The translations under genes and the position numbers were made by a program. The notes beneath the pieces were generated by a model. That model had not been told where the DNA came from, made no database searches, and saw only the letters and a list, made by a program, of their open reading frames with translations. From positions 1-43,066 of the IMG/VR virus record IMGVR_UViG_3300028831_000453: DNA of 43,066 nucleotides, one strand, 5' to 3'. Numbering within the stretch: position 1 is the stretch's first letter; every line of letters begins with the position of its first letter. Positions 8,455 to 15,129 of the stretch are shown piece after piece. The DNA is from a virus.

Positions 8455-8749
8455 TGGCCACCTCGCTTCCCGCAAACCAAGGCGGCTTGATCTCGTACTC
8501 ATGCTCCTCAATGTCGGTAGTATGCTTCCAGAGCATCCCGCATCTTGGGCAGAACGTGATGACGCCCGGCCAGCACCAGTGGTCTGGCGGTATCCAGTTG
8601 CACAACTCATTGGACTGGATAGACTTGCACCCGTGGCCTAGTAGATGGCACACCGGGTGCATCCCCTTTGGCTTATCAAACATGATCCATACGAGAGCAG
8701 CTACTGTACTCATCACAGTGATACCCGCCAACTGCCAGATCAAATGCAT
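8444..8749 (-). CDS. Membrane-anchored Cys/His/Trp-rich protein (101 aa)
   Basis: Start at the internal ATG 8749. TM helix LAGITVMSTVAALVWIMF is followed by CHLLGHGC ... CNW ... CW ... CPRCG. Lower-GC segment. Confidence 0.6.
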   Translation of the reverse strand: MHLIWQLAGITVMSTVAALVWIMFDKPKGMHPVCHLLGHGCKSIQSNELCNWIPPDHWCWPGVITFCPRCGMLWKHTTDIEEHEYEIKPPWFAGSEVANAD

Positions 8750-8759
8750 CGGCCCCCCG

Positions 8760-8933
8760 CTATCGCTTGTGCTGCCCCCGAATAGTCCACACAATCACCG
8801 CAATCCCCACGATCATCGCCGCGATCAGCACCACCTCCCACGGCCAGCTCACCCCGCGCAGCGCCGCCACGAACGCGATCAATATACCACTCGCTATACA
8901 AACTCCAAGCACTAATCCAACGTGATTCTTCAT
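8760..8933 (-). CDS. Small two-TM membrane protein (57 aa; below the ORF-track size cutoff)
   Basis: Hand-translated as MKNHVGLVLGVCIASGILIAFVAALRGVSWPWEVVLIAAMIVGIAVIVWTIRGQHKR, with TAG at 8760..8762 and GAGGTGG 5 nt upstream of ATG 8933. Confidence 0.65.
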   Translation of the reverse strand: MKNHVGLVLGVCIASGILIAFVAALRGVSWPWEVVLIAAMIVGIAVIVWTIRGQHKR

Positions 8934-9217
8934 GCGCCACCTCGCGCGAAGCTAGAGGATGCCCTCCGCGCCAGCTTCGTGAGGGCCGCACTCACGGGGA
9001 GCCGAACGCTTCGGGCATCCAGATCGATTCCGCAGACGATGTCATCGCGCTGCGTCGCACGAACGCGGACATTCGCCAGAATGTTAAAGCCGCGCCGCGC
9101 TAAAGTGTGTACCGCAAGCCGTCCGATCTCGCCACCGGCTCGGCTCTACCGCTCGCTCCGCGTGCGCCGGCTAACCAAACGCCGCAGGCCGAGCAGCCTC
9201 CGCCAAGTGTGTACCAA
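8930..9217 (-). pseudogene. ORF interrupted by a single in-frame TAG (9146..9148): pseudogene, readthrough candidate or sequencing error
   Basis: TTG 9217 follows GGGAGGGGG. 23 GC3-rich codons, then TAG, then 71 more GC3-rich codons in the same frame. The terminal TGA overlaps the next gene's ATG (ATGA at 8930..8933). There is no canonical start in the first 50 of the 71 codons after the TAG (the first GTG is 21 codons before the stop). Confidence 0.4.
9103..9215. repeat. Two copies of the 11-mer AAGTGTGTACC (9103..9113 and 9205..9215), 102 nt apart
   Basis: Read directly. The spacing is a multiple of 3, and both copies encode V-H-T on the minus strand inside the interrupted ORF. Confidence 0.8.
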
Positions 9218-9266
9218 TCACCCCCTCCCGCTCAGTGTCCAGCCGAACGCGACCACCGACGTGGGA

Positions 9267-9431
9267 CTACAGCTCAAACAGCCCCTTGACGATCCACCCC
9301 AATATCTGTCCGGCGAGTCCCGTCCCCAGCCACGCCCACGCGCCCGGCGTCGTGTGTGCCAGTCCCATCGGCACCCCGCCCGCATCTCTCCAGAATGGGT
9401 CCATATTCGGCATATCACAATTCCCATTCAT
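9267..9431 (-). CDS. Small protein with C-terminal TM helix (54 aa)
   Basis: The ATG shares its A with the upstream TGA (TGATG at 9429..9433). Translates as MNGNCDMPNMDPFWRDAGGVPMGLAHTTPGAWAWLGTGLAGQILGWIVKGLFEL. Confidence 0.55.
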   Translation of the reverse strand: MNGNCDMPNMDPFWRDAGGVPMGLAHTTPGAWAWLGTGLAGQILGWIVKGLFEL

Positions 9432-9541
9432 CACTTGCCCCCTTTGTCGCGCTCGCCATCCCGCACCAACCTCGCAAACACCCACACCGACGCAAACCCC
9501 ACCGCCAGCGCCAGTCCCCGCCACAGCACGTCCAGTGTCAT
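9431..9541 (-). CDS. Miniature single-TM protein (36 aa)
   Basis: Hand-translated as MTLDVLWRGLALAVGFASVWVFARLVRDGERDKGGK, with GGGAGGG 6 nt upstream of ATG 9541. Confidence 0.5.
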   Translation of the reverse strand: MTLDVLWRGLALAVGFASVWVFARLVRDGERDKGGK

Positions 9542-9570
9542 ATTCGCCCTCCCTTCGTCCGTGTTCGCGA

Positions 9571-9591
9571 CGCCCCGTCCGCGACGGGGCG
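9571..9591. other. GC-rich stem-loop (9-bp stem CGCCCCGTC / GACGGGGCG, 3-nt loop) in an intergenic gap
   Basis: Read directly. Lies between the 97-aa gene and the mini-membrane-protein cluster. No U-tract on either strand. Confidence 0.6.
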
Positions 9592-9664
9592 CCATGCGGA
9601 TCATCGCGGTCCTGGGACTTGAGTTAGGAGAATCGCTCCCCGCATGGCATTTTGTCCCAACGCG

Positions 9665-9958
9665 TTACGCGGGCGGCGCGTCCCTGTCCTCAGCCGCCTG
9701 AAGCCCGGCACCGATGGCGGTGATCCGGTCCGCGAGCGCCTGAAGCTCCGCATCACTCGTCGCCGGCGGTCCCGCCTTGACGAGCGCCGCCAGCGCATCC
9801 AGTTCGGTCACAGCGGCGTTGACCTTCACATCCAGCGCATCCACCGCAGCTTTGAGACTATCAAGTCCAGCCATAACCCTCTCCTCCATTCTCAGATACG
9901 ACCGCACGAGGCGATCGAATATATCAAGCAGCTTGTGCTGATGCTCATGCTCACTCAC
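9665..9958 (-). CDS. Hypothetical helical or coiled-coil protein (97 aa)
   Basis: GTG 9958 overlaps the upstream stop (GTGA). An alternative internal start is ATG 9874, after GGAGGAG. Ala/Leu/Asp-rich helical sequence. Confidence 0.6.
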   Translation of the reverse strand: MSEHEHQHKLLDIFDRLVRSYLRMEERVMAGLDSLKAAVDALDVKVNAAVTELDALAALVKAGPPATSDAELQALADRITAIGAGLQAAEDRDAPPA

Positions 9959-10137
9959 GCCGAAATCCGCGTGCTGCTTGCGGCAGCTTCGATCCAAATG
10001 CGAAAGCACTCAGCGCACAAGGGAGTGCCCGTCACACCTTCAGCTTCCCGCGGTCCAGATACAATCTTGCACAACGGCACGAGGTAGTCATCCAATATGT
10101 GCGCGTTCTTGTCGATCCACGTCCGCGAGAGTTTCAC
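9955..10137 (-). CDS. Hypothetical protein (60 aa)
   Basis: GTG 10137 overlaps the helicase stop (GTGA). Contains a single CAEC pair plus one additional upstream Cys. Lower-GC segment. Confidence 0.5.
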   Translation of the reverse strand: MKLSRTWIDKNAHILDDYLVPLCKIVSGPREAEGVTGTPLCAECFRIWIEAAASSTRISA

Positions 10138-11195
10138 TCTGCCGCGACCTCAACCTTCGCCCAAGTGTTCTTCATGACGCGCTCAATGCAGCCCCGATGC
10201 TTGAGTTGCGTCAGCGCGTTGCGCACAGCCTTTTCCCCCTGCGTCCCGTCGCGTGCCAGCCCCTCCTCCATCACCTTCTCCACCAGCTCCTGCACAGTCC
10301 GGGGCTCCGTCATCCACGCCAGCACGAACTTGTGTAACCGCTGCCACTTGGTCGCGCTGCCCTTGTGGATATTTCCAACCTCCCGCAGTTCCAGCACCAC
10401 GCCCCCAGCTCGCGGCACCAGCGCAAACTCATAGCTATCCCCGGCGTTCCGCAGCCCGCGCGACTTGAGCACACGCATCATCTTATTCCCGCCCGGCATC
10501 ACATCCAAGTGCCAAATCCAGTCCGCCGCCGTCTCCTTCACGCTGCTACCGCGCGCCTGATATACGCTGCGCCGCAGCCTGCCGGCGACGGGCGGATGGT
10601 CGGTGATGATGACGGCCACACCGGCCCTAACCGCGATCTCAGCCGCCGCCCCCATCACTCCGTCCATCTCCATGCGTGAGTTCTCGTCCGCTGAGTTGCA
10701 GTTGCTGAAGCAGTCGAGCACGCAGATGTCCGCATCGTGATATTGCAGAGACTCTATCAACTTGCCGACCAGCACCGCGCTATTGAGGTCCATTATCCGC
10801 CCAGCGCTGCGCGCCCGATAAACGATCTTGTCCCCGATGGCGTCAAAGCTCAGCAACCTACCCGCGATCAAGCTCTCGTACTGATCCTTCATCGCCCACG
10901 CCGCGCTATCGAAGAAGAACGCAGCGGTCTTGAGCACCCGCTCGCTCCGCTTCCCGAGGAAGCTCTGTCCCGTGGCAACCGCGATCGCGAGATCGAGCAC
11001 GGTCAAAGTCTTGCCGACATGTGGCTCAGCCACGACCAGCCCCACGCTCCCGCGCAGCAAGAACCCGGGCAGCAACTCGCGCGGCTTCCCGTTCCGCATC
11101 AACTCGTTTGCCGGCTGAAAGTTGAAGTGGTCCATCTTCACTTCGGGCTCCATGTCCTCGGGATCGAACGTCGGCTCCTCAAGCTCTTCGGTCAT
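10134..11195 (-). CDS. AAA_25 / RepA-DnaB-like RecA-fold ATPase, probable replicative helicase, with C-terminal winged-helix-like tail (353 aa)
   Basis: LLRGSVGLVVAEPHVGKTLTVLDLAIAVATGQSFLG carries Walker A in the typical AAA_25 context, and DICVLDCF is Walker B. Start taken at ATG 11195 (MTEELEEP); the ORF stays open to 11291. Confidence 0.8.
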   Translation of the reverse strand: MTEELEEPTFDPEDMEPEVKMDHFNFQPANELMRNGKPRELLPGFLLRGSVGLVVAEPHVGKTLTVLDLAIAVATGQSFLGKRSERVLKTAAFFFDSAAWAMKDQYESLIAGRLLSFDAIGDKIVYRARSAGRIMDLNSAVLVGKLIESLQYHDADICVLDCFSNCNSADENSRMEMDGVMGAAAEIAVRAGVAVIITDHPPVAGRLRRSVYQARGSSVKETAADWIWHLDVMPGGNKMMRVLKSRGLRNAGDSYEFALVPRAGGVVLELREVGNIHKGSATKWQRLHKFVLAWMTEPRTVQELVEKVMEEGLARDGTQGEKAVRNALTQLKHRGCIERVMKNTWAKVEVAAE

Positions 11196-11382
11196 TGTCC
11201 GGGCGCTTTCGTGGCTAGAAGTTGGTCGGATGGTGAGTCGGCCTAAGCGGCGACCCGCTTTGAGATTGCGCCGCTCGGAGCACCCTCGCACAAACCGCCG
11301 CCGCTGCCAAGACTCAATCTTCGTGCCACGGTCACGAAATTGTTCGGCTTCATCCGCCCGGCGGTCCTCTGACGCCCGGCAG

Positions 11383-11423
11383 AAAAAAATCCTCCTACTC
11401 TAATAAGAACCTAGAGCGGATTT
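11383..11423 (-). terminator. AT-rich imperfect stem-loop followed by a T7 run (minus strand): candidate intrinsic terminator
   Basis: The minus strand reads AAATCC-GCTCTA-GGTTCTTAT-TAGAG-TAGGA-GGATTT-TTTT. It stands out as an AT-rich patch in a GC-rich genome. The stem is weak and interrupted. Confidence 0.35.
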
Positions 11424-11434
11424 CTCCAACACAT

Positions 11435-11489
11435 GGCCCCTCCCCTCCATGCCAGCCCGCTGGCGCGGCTGGCCGGAGGGGGGTAGGCC
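11435..11489. other. Long GC-rich stem-loop (about 20 bp of pairing in nested arms) downstream of the 11555..12001 gene
   Basis: GGCC..CCCCTCC pairs with GGAGGGG..GGCC, and the inner GCCAGCC pairs with GGCTGGC around a 9-nt loop. Paired by eye with one bulge and one mismatch. Confidence 0.6.
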
Positions 11490-11554
11490 AGCCTTACCCG
11501 GCGCGGAGATGATTCTCCAGCGACGCAGAATGACCCAGGATCGACTCGGGGCGC

Positions 11555-12001
11555 TCAAACGTCCTCGGCGCCATCCTGCCCCCCGTTCGGCCCGCCACGG
11601 TCAACCTTGGCACGCAGGCGCGCCTCCGCAGCCACCCTCGCCAAGTGCCCCGCATTAGCCCACGTCCCCCGGGCAACCTCATTCCACCACATGACCTCAC
11701 CTATAAGTCTATAATTACCATTGACATCCACCGCAACTAACCCAGTGCTCCAGTCCCGGATAGCGGCCTGGCGCGCAGCGCGCTCGTACAAGCTGCGCGG
11801 CTTGCCGGGTCGAGGGCGCCCCACGGGACCGACTGGCAAATATTTGGCCGCCTCCCGTCCACACTCCGCGTCCCACTCCAGCTCCGCTTCCCTCACGCCC
11901 AGCTCGGCGCTTTCCCGCTCCGCTGCCTCAGCCGCCAGCTCCACTGCATCGATCTCCGCTTGCTCCGCACCGACATCCGGCTCCCGCTCCCGGTCACTCA
12001 C
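11555..12001 (-). CDS. Hypothetical protein (148 aa), acidic helical N-terminal half
   Basis: GTG 12001 overlaps the upstream stop (GTGA). GC3-rich frame. No domain recognised. Confidence 0.65.
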   Translation of the reverse strand: MSDREREPDVGAEQAEIDAVELAAEAAERESAELGVREAELEWDAECGREAAKYLPVGPVGRPRPGKPRSLYERAARQAAIRDWSTGLVAVDVNGNYRLIGEVMWWNEVARGTWANAGHLARVAAEARLRAKVDRGGPNGGQDGAEDV

Positions 12002-12255
12002 TCTGCACCTCCCGCCGCGCACTCGCGGCACAGCGCCGCCCCCGGCGGATCAGGGTCCCACCTGACCGCACACCGCTCGCACACAATCCGCTGGCACTCG
12101 TCGCAGGTCAGATACCCCGCATACTCCTCCTGCCGCATCCCGCACACATCACACACCGCCGCAAATCTCACCACCGGCATACGCTTCCCCTCTCTGCGAA
12201 TGTCCCTACTCAACCGCTCGATCGTCTCCCCAAAGTGACACACTCGCAGCCTCAT
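11998..12255 (-). CDS. Zinc-ribbon protein with four Cys pairs (85 aa)
   Basis: CDVCG, CDECQ, CERC, CRECA. ATG 12255 overlaps the upstream stop (ATGA). Confidence 0.65.
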   Translation of the reverse strand: MRLRVCHFGETIERLSRDIRREGKRMPVVRFAAVCDVCGMRQEEYAGYLTCDECQRIVCERCAVRWDPDPPGAALCRECAAGGAE

Positions 12256-12422
12256 GGCTTCGGCTCCGGCTTCTTGCTCGAGGCAGTCAACTCACTAAGC
12301 TTGACCTCAAACGCCATCTCCAACCTATCCAAAAGTATCTGTCGTTCCCGAGTCGGGAGGTCCACCGTATGGTCCACAATATACGCTAGCTCATCCCTGA
12401 ATGGACGTCGCCGTAGCTTCAT
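12252..12422 (-). CDS. Hypothetical protein (56 aa)
   Basis: ATG 12422 overlaps the upstream stop (ATGA). GC3-rich frame. Confidence 0.55.
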   Translation of the reverse strand: MKLRRRPFRDELAYIVDHTVDLPTRERQILLDRLEMAFEVKLSELTASSKKPEPKP

Positions 12423-12628
12423 GGCTGTCCCGCTTTCGGCCATGCATCATCCAGCTCGGCGCCATCAACCTCCGGCTCCGCCAGCATCCCCGCCTCTGCC
12501 ATCCCCCGATACTCGTCCCCGACATCCGAAGCCATCCCGCACCAATGGCACACCGGCCAGCGCGACTTCTCCACCAGCAGCGCCCCACACTTCCGACACC
12601 ACTCATACTGCTTCACATATGCCGCCAT
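12419..12628 (-). CDS. Zinc-ribbon protein (69 aa)
   Basis: ATG 12628 lies 5 nt after GGGAGG. CRKCG ... CHWCG. Confidence 0.6.
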   Translation of the reverse strand: MAAYVKQYEWCRKCGALLVEKSRWPVCHWCGMASDVGDEYRGMAEAGMLAEPEVDGAELDDAWPKAGQP

Positions 12629-12643
12629 ACCGCCTCCCGCTAA

Positions 12644-12661
12644 GGTATATGTATATATACC
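12644..12661. promoter_or_regulatory. Inverted repeat GGTATAT-GTAT-ATATACC: candidate operator and/or -10 region for the minus-strand genes below
   Basis: Read directly. It is the only AT-rich patch in the 61-nt gap between two minus-strand genes, 16 nt upstream of the 12628 start. Confidence 0.4.
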
Positions 12662-12689
12662 GCCCACGCGCCACGCGCCGTCCCGACGC

Positions 12690-12881
12690 TCAACCGAGAT
12701 AGTCCCCGCACTCTTTGCACGTCCAATCCGGCTCCAGTCCCTCAGTATAGAACACCGGCCCGCACGGATGATTCCGCAGCCTGCACAACACCGCACGCCA
12801 AAGCGGCGTGCCCCAGCGCGGTTTCCGAAACACTACCGTACGCCACCACGTGAAGCGCAATAGCATGATCGCGTGCAGCAT
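12690..12881 (-). CDS. Cys-containing small protein (63 aa)
   Basis: The ATG shares its A with the upstream TGA (TGATG). Hydrophobic or basic N-terminus. C..C...CKEC pattern. Confidence 0.55.
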   Translation of the reverse strand: MLHAIMLLRFTWWRTVVFRKPRWGTPLWRAVLCRLRNHPCGPVFYTEGLEPDWTCKECGDYLG

Positions 12882-13120
12882 CAGCGCCCCCCATACTCTG
12901 CATCAAACAGCGGCTTCACAATCTCATTGATGCGCCGCAGGACGGCCGAGAATCCATCCGGTCCCTCATAATCATGACACCCGCGCAGCCGCAGGCACGC
13001 AGCAAGCAAAGCTTGCTCGTGCTGCAAGCGCAGCTCCGCCATGTCCCGGCGCATCTCCTCCGCGCGCGCGGCGTCGAAGTCGCACCCTGGAAACGGGACG
13101 ACCTTGCGCCCGGCGGTCAC
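12881..13120 (-). CDS. Hypothetical protein (79 aa)
   Basis: GTG 13120 overlaps the upstream stop (GTGA). The ORF stays open to 13153. Confidence 0.55.
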   Translation of the reverse strand: MTAGRKVVPFPGCDFDAARAEEMRRDMAELRLQHEQALLAACLRLRGCHDYEGPDGFSAVLRRINEIVKPLFDAEYGGR

Positions 13121-13407
13121 GAGTGCGCCTGCTTCCAGCCGCCGATCCGCCACATCTCGATGCGCGGCAGGTTCCAGCCCTTCCCCTTCGGCGCGTTATT
13201 GGGCATGTAGAAATCGTGATAGCACTTGAATCCGCCGATGCCGCGCGCCTGCGCTCCAATCCGCTTGAGCGCGCCCCTCACGAGGCGCTCCCGCTCCCTG
13301 AGCGTCCCCTCGCTCAACGCGCCGCTGGCCGCGAGCTGCGCCACACTGGCGCAGCCCATTCGACGCAGCATCTTCCCGACCTTCGCCTCAATCTCGTCCC
13401 GTGTCAT
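13117..13407 (-). CDS. Hypothetical protein (96 aa), possibly DNA-binding helical
   Basis: ATG 13407 overlaps the upstream stop (ATGA). The basic helical N-terminal half is the only hint of function. Confidence 0.6.
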   Translation of the reverse strand: MTRDEIEAKVGKMLRRMGCASVAQLAASGALSEGTLRERERLVRGALKRIGAQARGIGGFKCYHDFYMPNNAPKGKGWNLPRIEMWRIGGWKQAHS

Positions 13408-13637
13408 GATGCACCTCCGCTTGTGCGCTGCTGCCACCATGGATAGAACGCGAATGGCACTTCGATCCACGTCTGCCCATCCGGCTGGCGCTGGAACGTG
13501 GTCCAACTCCAGCCCGAGGCCTTCACGATCGCAAGCGCTTCGGGCGTCGCTTCGGCGTACAAGTCACTCTCGTGCGCATCCAGCTCGACGCCCGCCGCCT
13601 TGAGCTGCAAGTATACATTCTCGTGCTTCGCGCTCAT
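13404..13637 (-). CDS. Hypothetical protein (77 aa)
   Basis: ATG 13637 follows GGAGGG and overlaps the upstream stop (ATGA). Confidence 0.6.
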   Translation of the reverse strand: MSAKHENVYLQLKAAGVELDAHESDLYAEATPEALAIVKASGWSWTTFQRQPDGQTWIEVPFAFYPWWQQRTSGGAS

Positions 13638-13765
13638 GACCCAACCCTCCAAGTAAACGCCCTGGTCCCAATCCACACGATCAGCATGTGCCCGCCATGC
13701 GTCCGATACAGGCCGGCGCTCACGATATTGCCGCCGTCGATGTTGTGAAAGGTGAATAGCTTCAC
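13634..13765 (-). CDS. Small hypothetical protein (43 aa; below the ORF-track cutoff)
   Basis: Hand-translated as VKLFTFHNIDGGNIVSAGLYRTHGGHMLIVWIGTRAFTWRVGS. GTG follows GGAAGGGAG and overlaps the upstream stop (GTGA), and its own stop overlaps the next ATG. Confidence 0.5.
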   Translation of the reverse strand: MKLFTFHNIDGGNIVSAGLYRTHGGHMLIVWIGTRAFTWRVGS

Positions 13766-14049
13766 GATGCACTCCCTTCCGCTTTGGCAATAGCGTCAAT
13801 CAACGCATCCTGTACCCGCGTGCTTGGTGCATTGCTCGGCTCATACGGTAGCGTGTGAATAAAGTCGAGCGCCCGCTTGCACGCTTCCAGCAAGTCCGGT
13901 GCGGCCGCAATCAGCCGCGCATTAGCTTGAAACTGATCATTCGATGCAGCCGCATCGGTCGAAAGGTTCGCGACCACGCCGTGCGATCGTTCGGCGCGGA
14001 CCCTGCCCGCTATCGGATACCACGGCCCCTCTGTGTGTGCCGCGCTCAC
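13762..14049 (-). CDS. Conserved-looking phage small protein with EGPW ... ANARLIAAAPDLLEA motif (95 aa)
   Basis: From memory, this motif pair recurs in many uncharacterised phage and prophage proteins. GTG 14049 follows GGAGGTG and overlaps the upstream stop. Confidence 0.65.
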   Translation of the reverse strand: MSAAHTEGPWYPIAGRVRAERSHGVVANLSTDAAASNDQFQANARLIAAAPDLLEACKRALDFIHTLPYEPSNAPSTRVQDALIDAIAKAEGSAS

Positions 14050-14249
14050 TGCGCACCTCCGCTCTTGCTCGCGCCGTCCGCTAGGCGCATGTCCACACCA
14101 TCAAACTCCCAAGCTCCAACCGCATCCTCCGCCCATGTGCTACCTGTCCACGTATACCGCGCCCCCGCGTCACTAGCCGGGGGCGCCACGATCTTCCCAC
14201 AACCCGCTAGCGCCATGAGTACCAGCGCGATGCCGGCTGCGCGCATCAT
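14046..14249 (-). CDS. Lipoprotein (67 aa)
   Basis: MMRAAGIALVLMALAGCGK is a signal peptide ending in the lipobox L-A-G-C. ATG overlaps the upstream stop (ATGA). Confidence 0.7.
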   Translation of the reverse strand: MMRAAGIALVLMALAGCGKIVAPPASDAGARYTWTGSTWAEDAVGAWEFDGVDMRLADGASKSGGAQ

Positions 14250-14509
14250 CGTCCACCATCCAACAATCGGCGCGCCCTAACCTCACACTCGCTACGCGGC
14301 ATACACTTCACAATCACTCGCGCCGCGCGCTTGAGCGCGCTCGCATAGCTTCCTGCTTCCCAACGCTCAAGCGGAACCTGTCCGCGCTCCGCAAACCCAA
14401 CGACATACTTCCCGGTGCTGATCTCCCGCCATGCGAACGCCTCATGCTCCGGGCGCATCATCGGTCCAAACATTTCCCGCGCCACTACTTCCGCATCGTG
14501 CTGAGTCAT
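14246..14509 (-). CDS. Hypothetical protein (87 aa)
   Basis: ATG 14509 overlaps the upstream stop (ATGA). Confidence 0.6.
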   Translation of the reverse strand: MTQHDAEVVAREMFGPMMRPEHEAFAWREISTGKYVVGFAERGQVPLERWEAGSYASALKRAARVIVKCMPRSECEVRARRLLDGGR

Positions 14510-14688
14510 CGTCCAATCCCTTCTCGCTCGTTCCGCTCGATCATGTCCAACACTTCCCGATAGGTGTGCCGCTCTGCGACATCCGGATATTCCCGCGTGA
14601 AGTCCAGAATCTTGCACGCGGCATCTACAGCCTCGTCCGGCCGCAGGTTATCGGCCGCCCAAGCCATCAAGTGCTCCAGGTTTCCCAT
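14506..14688 (-). CDS. First gene of the leftward arm, acidic hypothetical protein (60 aa)
   Basis: ATG 14688 follows GAGGGATGG. There is no further minus-strand coding signal upstream. Confidence 0.55.
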   Translation of the reverse strand: MGNLEHLMAWAADNLRPDEAVDAACKILDFTREYPDVAERHTYREVLDMIERNEREGIGR

Positions 14689-14771
14689 CGTCCATCCCTC
14701 GTGTTGTGCTCGACTCCTTCGAGCGGTCCGCTTCGATCGCATCCCGCCACCCGTCCCGACCGTTCACAGTG

Positions 14772-14801
14772 AGTATGAGACTGCACGCTCCGTGCCGTCA
14801 A
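14772..14801 (-). promoter_or_regulatory. Candidate sigma70-type leftward promoter: TTGACG-N18-CATACT
   Basis: Minus strand: -35 at 14801..14796 and -10 at 14777..14772, about 80 nt upstream of the first leftward gene. Consensus matching by eye only. Confidence 0.4.
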
Positions 14802-14946
14802 GTAAACTCTTGCGGCGCATCGAGCGCGATCGCGAACCGAGTGCAGCTTGCAATATGAGTCGTGCGTTGAGCACTCGATTTCTCGACGTCTGATGAACAC
14901 TTGGGCAGTGTCAAAAAACCTTACACTGCACACTCGTTCACTGTGT

Positions 14947-14977
14947 CAATATGTCCCACTGCGACAATATGTCCCAC
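14947..14977. repeat. Two direct copies of CAATATGTCCCAC (14947..14959, 14965..14977), period 18 bp: candidate regulator-binding sites or iterons
   Basis: Read directly, in the divergent non-coding region between the two arms. Confidence 0.8.
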
Positions 14978-15129
14978 ATTCACATTTCCACCTTATATAG
15001 CGCGTGCGCGGCGGCAGCCCCACCACCCCCCGGAGTCCCCCCGCGTGAGCGCGTTTTCCGTGAACTACCTTCACACGTCCCGCGCGCAAAAATCGCGAAC
15101 CGACGCGCCCGGCGCGGTCGAGATGGCGC

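Noticed and set aside
8922-9701. A 259-aa plus-strand ORF spanning the gap between the minus-strand gene blocks
   Set aside because: The product is Arg/Ser/Pro-rich and low-complexity. It overlaps three minus-strand mini-genes that have good ribosome sites. Over 8934..9217 its third positions coincide with the minus-strand interrupted ORF, whose translation looks more protein-like.
11243-11353. A 36-aa minus-strand ORF (MKPNNFVTVARRLSLGSGGGLCEGAPSGAISKRVAA) in the gap before the helicase gene
   Set aside because: It has a weak ribosome site, third-position G/C clearly lower than real genes here, and no coupling to neighbours. I left it uncalled.
11341-11382. Direct repeat CGCCCGGC x2 (catccgcccggcggtcctctgacgcccggcag) next to the A7/T7 run, considered as a terminator stem
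   Set aside because: The two copies are direct repeats, not inverted, so they do not form a hairpin. The adjacent AT-rich imperfect hairpin is the better terminator candidate.
14825-14834. Apparent enrichment of the palindrome GCGATCGC (HIP1-like), seen about nine times, including CGCGATCGCG in the control region
   Set aside because: Most copies lie in coding sequence, where GCG-ATC-GCC (Ala-Ile-Ala) is favoured by this codon usage. I cannot compute proper expectations here, and there is no positional pattern.
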